Assembly (NCBI GenBank): GCA_964552045.1
Contig: CAZKFF010000004.1
Coordinates: forward strand, 20,368-84,367
Direction of reading: 5' to 3'
DNA from: an uncultured Candidatus Saccharibacteria bacterium
Lineage (GTDB): Bacteria > Patescibacteriota > Minisyncoccia > Phycocordibacterales > UBA918
DNA: 64,000 nt
Shown here one piece after another: positions 58,887-64,000 of this stretch (positions are counted from its first letter, which is position 1; every line of letters starts with the position of its first letter). Position numbers and translations under genes: made by a program. The notes under the pieces are model-generated. The model saw only the letters and a program-made list of their open reading frames with translations. It had not been told where the DNA came from and searched no databases.

Positions 58887-59981
58887 TTAACGACGTACAA
58901 CTCGTGTAACGTTTCGGTTGACCGTATTGGTAACCGTGCTCCATGAGTCTGCGCGTCCGGTTCGGACAATTCCACCCTGTCCGCCGTTGCCGCCGTTGCC
59001 TCCTGAAGCACCGACACCTGTGTTGCCACCTGTGCCTCCAGCTGCACTGTCGCCGCCGTCGCCTCCAGCTCCGGTAGTACCGCCGTTGCCGCCAACGCCG
59101 CCGTTGCCGCCTTCCTGCGTGCCGTCAACTTCGTCGGTTCCGAGAGAATCAGCGTCGCCGCCGTTTCCTCCCTCTTCACCGTCTCCAGCACCCTGTGTGT
59201 CTCCACCAGGAGCAACATTGAGGCTTGTTCCACCGTCTCCGGCTGTTGATCCGCCGTTGCCGCCGTTGCCGCCGTTGCCAGCGTCATCTCCAGTAGACGT
59301 GTTAGCTCCTGAGTCAGAAGCCGCAACACCTACATTGAGAAGTCCAACGTTATTTGTGCTGCTTGTGGTCGCTGCTGTCTCGTCGAGATCAGCTGCACTG
59401 CCGTCACGGATGATCTCGGTGTCGTTGCTGTTCACATCATTGAGAATATCTGAAGTTGAGATGGCATTTCCAGTCTCAATGAGACCGCCGTTGCCACCAT
59501 CACCTCCGTCTCCGCCGTGTCCGCCAGCGCCAGTGTTGCCGCCGTTGCCGCCGATTCCACTGTCGCCTCCAGCTCCACCTTCTCCGGTGTTACCGCCGTC
59601 GCCTCCAGCGCCGCCGTTGCCAGCTGTCTGAGTAGCCGCTGTGCCGTCAACATCACCGTTGGCATCACCGCCGTTGCCACCTTCATCACCATCTCCAGCG
59701 CCCTGTGTTGAACCGCCAGGTGCCACATTGATGCTTGATCCGCCGTCGCCAGCGTTGTTGCCGCCGTTGCCTCCGTCTCCGCCACGTCCACCGCGTCCAC
59801 CACGTGAAGTATTTCCGCCAGTGTTTGATGAAGAGATAGAGACATTAGCAATGGTAGCTGTGTTGTTGTTTGTTACAACCACGCTGTCATCCTCGTACGC
59901 CTGTGCAGGCAGAACGAAGAGACTGAGTGTCAGTGCCGCAGCTCCGAACACTGCTGTTGCTTGTTTTACTGCTAGTGTCAT
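58887..59981 (-). CDS. Secreted Gly/Asn/Asp-rich repeat protein (GGNGGxGG tracts) with an internal ~190-aa duplication. It carries the same TG.A...LN.VNSN..I motif as the 1,128-aa protein.
   Basis: 364 aa. Signal peptide (…LFVLPAQAYED). Duplicated blocks ...SINVAPGGSTQGAGDGDEGGNGGDA / ...SLNVAPGGDTQGAGDGEEGGNGGDA. Motifs IETGNAISTSDILNDVNSNDTEII and IVRTGRADSWSTVTNTVNRNV. Confidence 0.5.
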   Translation of the reverse strand: MTLAVKQATAVFGAAALTLSLFVLPAQAYEDDSVVVTNNNTATIANVSISSSNTGGNTSRGGRGGRGGDGGNGGNNAGDGGSSINVAPGGSTQGAGDGDEGGNGGDANGDVDGTAATQTAGNGGAGGDGGNTGEGGAGGDSGIGGNGGNTGAGGHGGDGGDGGNGGLIETGNAISTSDILNDVNSNDTEIIRDGSAADLDETAATTSSTNNVGLLNVGVAASDSGANTSTGDDAGNGGNGGNGGSTAGDGGTSLNVAPGGDTQGAGDGEEGGNGGDADSLGTDEVDGTQEGGNGGVGGNGGTTGAGGDGGDSAAGGTGGNTGVGASGGNGGNGGQGGIVRTGRADSWSTVTNTVNRNVTRVVRR

Positions 59982-60094
59982 AAATAATTGTGTAACTTAA
60001 GATTAATTGCTTGTTAATAAAGAAACTTTCCCTCTCTCCCGTAACCCGAAAGAAAGGAGAGCTGTTTCGACCACATGGGCATGTAAACACATAC

Positions 60095-60135
60095 CCATAC
60101 AATGAAACCTGGAAACTAAGATTTCATTGTATGGA
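60095..60135. promoter_or_regulatory. 13-bp perfect inverted repeat ccatacaatgaaa-N15-tttcattgtatgg in the long non-coding spacer.
   Basis: Read directly from the sequence. Lies ~110-150 bp upstream of the 58887..59981 start. Confidence 0.3.
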
Positions 60136-60472
60136 TATGCATGTATTAACACACACAATGGATGATGAACTGATGAAGAAGGACCGTGCGGCAATGCACA
60201 ACAAAAAAGCTCTTTGCCGAACGCAGCAAAAAGCTTTTTGGAAGTGACGCAATGATGTAACCGCAAGTAATACTTGGGCTGGGAACCAATTCATATATAC
60301 CTCCGCCACGACTCTGGTTCCCACGCCATGTCAGTGGATTGAGTGAACACATTTTATGCTCACCAGCACAACAGTCAAATGAATGATCCACTGCGATACA
60401 TCTCGCACCGATGTCAATACAGTGCTCTCATCTGTTCTTCATAAAAATGTAAAGAGGATTGGTATAATGTAA

Positions 60473-60562
60473 AAAATAAGCCCTGTGATGAACCGGCGTA
60501 TCCGTGGGAACAACTTCCCCGCAAGGGGAAATCGGGATAGCCGGTTCATCACAGGGCTTATT
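60473..60562. ncRNA. ~90-nt highly structured element: 23-bp perfect outer stem (aataagccctgtgatgaaccggc / gccggttcatcacagggcttatt) enclosing an inner stem (tatccg/cgggata) and a ttcccc-GCAA-ggggaa GNRA-tetraloop hairpin with an asymmetric bulge. Candidate small RNA, attenuator or MITE-like element.
   Basis: Seen directly in the sequence. No credible ORF overlaps it. It sits in a 727-bp non-coding region in an otherwise gene-dense window. Confidence 0.3.
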
Positions 60563-60650
60563 GCTGTGCTTGCGCAGCAATATAGTGTAGAACTCATGTA
60601 TACGCAATCTGTACAAACGGCGTTTTAGTTTCATTGCAGGTATACTACAG

Positions 60651-60683
60651 CAAAAAACCGCCAAGAATGGCGGTTTTTTGCTG
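60651..60683 (-). terminator. Bidirectional rho-independent terminator (aaaaaaccgccaagaatggcggttttttgc) downstream of 60709..62022.
   Basis: 8-bp GC-rich stem, 4-nt loop, A-run upstream and T-run downstream. Confidence 0.6.
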
Positions 60684-60708
60684 TATTCTGTCTCATTAAC
60701 AATGCAAC

Positions 60709-62022
60709 TTACACAGCCGTACTGTTTCTGCGACTGATCTGTGCGGCGGCGAATCCGAGCGCGAGCACAAGCACGGTGATCATAAACGGTACAGAAGTAG
60801 TTCCGCCGCTTGCACCACCAAAGCCGGTATTTGGTGCCCCAACAGGATAGATTGATGTCTGCTCGCCGAGTACCTGTCCTCCAGGCGCTCCGCCAGTGAA
60901 GTCGTCTTCATCATCGTCGATGGTTCCGGCTCCACCTCCGTCGTTGTCGTCATCATCGTCATTATCATTACTGTCATTGTCATCGTTGTCACGAAGCTCA
61001 ATGCGCACCCCATTGCCGCTGCTGCCTCCTCCATTCGAGGTATCGCGGTCATTGCCGAAGTTGTAGTCGCCGAGCGGTATGGTGCTCGTGGCCGTGCCGG
61101 TTGCATTCACCGTGTGCGTGTTGCCCGACGGGAATGTCTGATCCCAGTTGTTCTGCGTGGTCTGCGACACCACCCACTGCCCGTCTGTCACCAGCAATGT
61201 ATAGCGACCGTTTGCATCCGTCATGTCAGTACGGGTTATCTCTCCGGTCTGCGAAGCAGAGACGATCCAGTCCTGGAGACCGCTCTCTCCTGAATCAAAC
61301 ACTCCGTCCTCATCTTCGTCATTCCAGACCACACCCGTTATTTCGTAGAGCTGTCCTCCGCCAACATTGAAATTGTTGGTTATCGTACAGGTGGTGGTAG
61401 CGCCGACATCAATGACCACATTGCTACAGTTGCTGTACGTCGGCGTATAGTTTGCCGCTGGCGTTTCGGTGATCGAATACGTTCCCGTGGCAAGTTCGAC
61501 CAGGTTCGAGCCATCCGCTTCAAAGGCGGAGGCTGTTCCTCCGTTGACCGCAAAGCTGAACGATGAGGTCGCCGCTGGACCGCCGTTCACGATCTTATTG
61601 ACCATGAGCATCCCGGTTGTGGTGGTCGGCGTCGATGTGCCGCTTCCTGTCGTGGTTGCAGTGTTCGTAATGGTGCACACCGGCGTATTGGTTGCCGTGA
61701 GCATGATATCGTCGCAGCCAAAGTAGATGGTTGTATATCCTGCTACCTGAGCTTCAGTGATATCGTACGTTCCCGTTGCCAAGGTAAGATCATTGCTTCC
61801 ATCGGCTTCAAACGGCGTTGAAGAGGCGCCGTTTATAAGAAAACTGAAGTCGCTGGCTGTGACTGTTGTCGTGCCGACGATCTGTTTCTCTACGGTAATA
61901 GTTCCTTGCGGGGGTACTGCCTGTGCTTTGACCTCCGCAAGCGGAGCAAGGATCATCGCGCACAACGCAAACAGTGCAAATGCGATTTGCACTTTCCCTA
62001 CCGCAAAAAATGAAGAATTCAT
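60709..62022 (-). CDS. Pilin/adhesin-like sortase substrate: signal peptide, two prealbumin-like beta-sandwich modules (…FSFLINGASSTPFEADGSNDLTLATGTYDITE…C…CTITN), an SdrD-B/Cna-B-like module (GVVWNDEDEDGVFDSGESGLQDWIVSASQTGEITRTDMTDANGRYTLLVTDGQWVV), a poly-Asp/Asn tract, and a C-terminal sorting signal GAPNTG-FGGASGGTTSVPFMITVLVLALGFAAAQI-SRRNS.
   Basis: 437 aa. The C-terminus has the classic tripartite cell-wall sorting signal (motif, hydrophobic helix, basic tail), but with APNTG in place of LPxTG. Confidence 0.65.
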   Translation of the reverse strand: MNSSFFAVGKVQIAFALFALCAMILAPLAEVKAQAVPPQGTITVEKQIVGTTTVTASDFSFLINGASSTPFEADGSNDLTLATGTYDITEAQVAGYTTIYFGCDDIMLTATNTPVCTITNTATTTGSGTSTPTTTTGMLMVNKIVNGGPAATSSFSFAVNGGTASAFEADGSNLVELATGTYSITETPAANYTPTYSNCSNVVIDVGATTTCTITNNFNVGGGQLYEITGVVWNDEDEDGVFDSGESGLQDWIVSASQTGEITRTDMTDANGRYTLLVTDGQWVVSQTTQNNWDQTFPSGNTHTVNATGTATSTIPLGDYNFGNDRDTSNGGGSSGNGVRIELRDNDDNDSNDNDDDDDNDGGGAGTIDDDEDDFTGGAPGGQVLGEQTSIYPVGAPNTGFGGASGGTTSVPFMITVLVLALGFAAAQISRRNSTAV

Positions 62023-62174
62023 ATTAGTTACGTTTATTACTACGTCTGATAATCGTCAAAGTCCCGTTAAAGTGAACTTTGCTATATACGGTACTGTGTA
62101 GGTATGAAACAGCTATGAAGAAAAGCTCTGTTTGCACACAGGCACACAGAGCTCCTTCTTCCATCGGCAGATGC

Positions 62175-63101
62175 TTACGGCATCTGGAATTCCCCGCGCA
62201 GCTTCAGGAATGCCCCGCTGTGCGCACACACCATCGGATGGTCCGCCGGTACGGTATTGGTCGCCTGCTGCAGCTCCAGGAATACCCGTTCGTGATGCGC
62301 TTCCATGCGCCTGATGAAATCGAGACGGTCGTGCTGCATATCCTGCAGCGTGAATTCATGCTGGATAGGCCCGGGGAACACGGCACATCCGTGGAAATAA
62401 CGGTCGCTTGACGTTGCGAGCACACCCATGATCCGTACTTCGTCGCCGGTAAAAAGATTCACTTTGTCTATAGGATTCAGTTCCGCAGTATCGAGTGTCC
62501 ATGTTCCGCCGCGCTTATCGCGAAACTGCACGGTGTATGAATCGTCGCCTTCTCGCTCGTACATGCCCACCAAGCGCCCCTCCTCAGGAGCAAGCCACAT
62601 CTTGGTCTCCAGTTTTTCGACGTTCATAAACAGCGGTATCCGTCCTGCCTGCGCATCAATAAGCAGACCTATGCCTGCGGAATGGAGCACTGCTCCACCG
62701 ATGAGGCTCAGTACAAAACTGCTGAGGACGATCTGCCACAGCGGATAGGTGTACCCGCGTTTGGTATGACGCAGATTGTAATGCGCGAGCACGGCCATCA
62801 GAATAAACAGAAGTGCCCATGCATACGGGAGCACCTCGATAGTGAACTCCAGCATATCCTGCTGCAGGCCTTCTTTGAAGGCGAAACCGGCATGCATGAA
62901 TATGAGAAGCATCGCTGAGAACGAGATTGCACCAATAACCACGGAAAGCGCCCATAAAACCCACATGCCATATTCAAACAGAAGGAATTTCCATCGCGGC
63001 GTCTGCATGACGTTTTCTTTTTCAATGCGGCTGAGGACAGAAACCGACAACGGTGAGTGTTCACTGTGTTCCTGAGGCTGCTGTGTGTGTGGTGTTGTCA
63101 T
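62175..63101 (-). CDS. Multi-pass membrane protein with an extracytoplasmic C-terminal domain. Putative anti-sigma factor, by position and by the 4-nt overlap with the ECF sigma gene.
   Basis: 308 aa with four predicted TM helices. Translationally coupled (ATGA overlap) to 63098..63679. Confidence 0.4.
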   Translation of the reverse strand: MTTPHTQQPQEHSEHSPLSVSVLSRIEKENVMQTPRWKFLLFEYGMWVLWALSVVIGAISFSAMLLIFMHAGFAFKEGLQQDMLEFTIEVLPYAWALLFILMAVLAHYNLRHTKRGYTYPLWQIVLSSFVLSLIGGAVLHSAGIGLLIDAQAGRIPLFMNVEKLETKMWLAPEEGRLVGMYEREGDDSYTVQFRDKRGGTWTLDTAELNPIDKVNLFTGDEVRIMGVLATSSDRYFHGCAVFPGPIQHEFTLQDMQHDRLDFIRRMEAHHERVFLELQQATNTVPADHPMVCAHSGAFLKLRGEFQMP

Positions 63102-63679
63102 AGATGTAAATGTGTATCCCGTAACTGTGCCTTGAGTTCCTTCTTTCCGCGATGGATGAGCGTTCCAACCGTGCCCGGGGGTATTTTCAAAATGTCGGAT
63201 ATCTCTTCGTATTCCTTGTGTTCAAAGAAGCGGAGAATGAGTGCATCACGGTACTTCTGGTCAATGCGCCCGAATGCCCTGCTTACCTCCTGTGCATTTA
63301 TCCTGATATCAAAATGCTTTTCTGCGGTCTCTTCGGGCGAGGATATGAGCCCGAGGATGTCCTCCTGCGCATCCACCAGATGCCCTTCGGGGCGCACGCG
63401 TTTTCTGCGGTAGAAACTGATCGCCTCATTGTGGGCGATGCGGTAGATCCAGGAAGAAAATGAAAGTTCGGTATCAAATCCGTAGAGATTCTTGTAGACC
63501 TTTATAAAAATATTCTGAAGAACATCGGCGCGGTCATCCTCATTGTGAATGCCGAGCCGGCGGACATAGCGAGAAAGCTTGTCCTCGTACCGCAGAACAA
63601 TGTGCTCGAAAAACGCTGTGTCACCGAGCGTCTTTGCAACGATCTCCTCATCGGTCATAGAAGAAACATTTTCGTGCAT
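63098..63679 (-). CDS. ECF-type RNA polymerase sigma factor (sigma-70 family, regions 2 and 4).
   Basis: 193 aa. Region 2 (...DRADVLQNIFIKVYKNLYGFD...FSSWIYRIAHNEAISFYRRK) and region 4 (YRDALILRFFEHKEYEEISDILKIPPGTVGTLIHRGKKELK). Confidence 0.8.
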   Translation of the reverse strand: MHENVSSMTDEEIVAKTLGDTAFFEHIVLRYEDKLSRYVRRLGIHNEDDRADVLQNIFIKVYKNLYGFDTELSFSSWIYRIAHNEAISFYRRKRVRPEGHLVDAQEDILGLISSPEETAEKHFDIRINAQEVSRAFGRIDQKYRDALILRFFEHKEYEEISDILKIPPGTVGTLIHRGKKELKAQLRDTHLHL

Positions 63680-63753
63680 TGTTACATCCTACGCGAGTAT
63701 GGATACCTCCGCACGGATTTTGCACATTATCGGCGCTACGCTAAAATATACGC

Positions 63754-64000
63754 ATGAGCATACAATATATTTCAGGCGGCCTCCTGGCGCTTTTTCTTCT
63801 GATGTGCATCCCGAACAGCGCAGAAGCATACTTCACCACCGCACAGTCCGGGGTGAAACTCTCGGGATCTGCAGCGTTGTATACAATCTCGTACGCATTC
63901 GGCCTTGAAGACCATGACATCTATATGCCGGTTTTGGCCGTGCGGAATCTTTCAGAAGAGAATAGCCGAAACAAGGTCGGCTATACCATCCGGGAGGAAA
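63754..64000 (+). CDS. 5' end of a plus-strand gene that runs off the window. The predicted product begins with a signal peptide (MSIQYISGGLLALFLLMCIPNSAEAYFTT...).
   Basis: ATG at 63754. Open frame with no stop to the window end. Hydrophobic signal-like N-terminus. It is the only credible plus-strand gene in the window. Confidence 0.35.
   Translation, partial: MSIQYISGGLLALFLLMCIPNSAEAYFTTAQSGVKLSGSAALYTISYAFGLEDHDIYMPVLAVRNLSEENSRNKVGYTIREE

Noticed and set aside
62023-62174. Sigma-W-like hexamers (TGAAAC and CGTATA) in the spacer upstream of the 437-aa pilin-like gene, considered as an ECF promoter.
   Set aside because: The two hexamers are on opposite strands and in the wrong relative order or orientation for a single promoter, so no call was made.
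1-64000. Search for tRNA, rRNA, integrase, transposase or phage structural genes.
   Set aside because: None recognised by eye. The tail-collar-like repeats are embedded in a cellular giant protein, not a prophage. umuDC is the only classically mobile-associated module.

Overview
This 64 kb window is GC-rich bacterial DNA, and essentially every credible gene is on the minus strand. The plus-strand ORFs in the track are almost all shadow ORFs in the opposite frame. The ORF track accepts GTG/TTG starts (e.g. the giant ORF begins with TTG at 38375), so several 5' ends are uncertain.

The whole window is a cell-envelope island. It contains:
- **Cohesin/dockerin loci:** two loci encode membrane-anchored cohesin-like proteins (C-terminal TM plus coiled-coil tail), secreted type-I-dockerin proteins, and one small protein that carries a cohesin-like module plus a dockerin.
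- **Giant surface protein:** a 6,350-aa, 19 kb membrane-anchored repeat protein (19323..38375). Its modules are phage-tail-collar-like HxH repeats, three DUF2341-like modules, a LamG-like module, a tripled ~550-aa parallel-beta-helix module, a WxGxxW propeller-like region, and a C-terminal ~260-aa Cys-containing domain that is also present in a separate 618-aa secreted protein.
- **Sortase locus:** a class E/F-like sortase with pilin-like substrates (prealbumin-like and SdrD-B-like folds) that end in non-canonical GAP[N/G]TG motifs.
- **ABC operon:** a MacB/FtsX-type transporter cotranscribed with a secreted FN3-repeat protein.
- **Single-gene functional calls:** tandem secreted FGE-sulfatase (SUMF1)-like proteins, an Hsp20, and umuD-umuC.
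- **Other envelope proteins:** CAP-domain and peptidoglycan-binding proteins; collagen-like, Gly-rich and DUF11-like surface proteins; and two paralogous monocistronic secreted proteins flanked by strong terminators.
- **Regulators:** an ECF sigma/putative anti-sigma pair.
- **Non-coding:** one unusual ~700 bp non-coding region with a complex ~90-nt hairpin.

The most interesting object is the combination of a cohesin-dockerin display system, giant modular adhesin-like proteins sharing private domain families, and a sortase with unusual sorting motifs. This looks like a previously undescribed surface-attachment apparatus.
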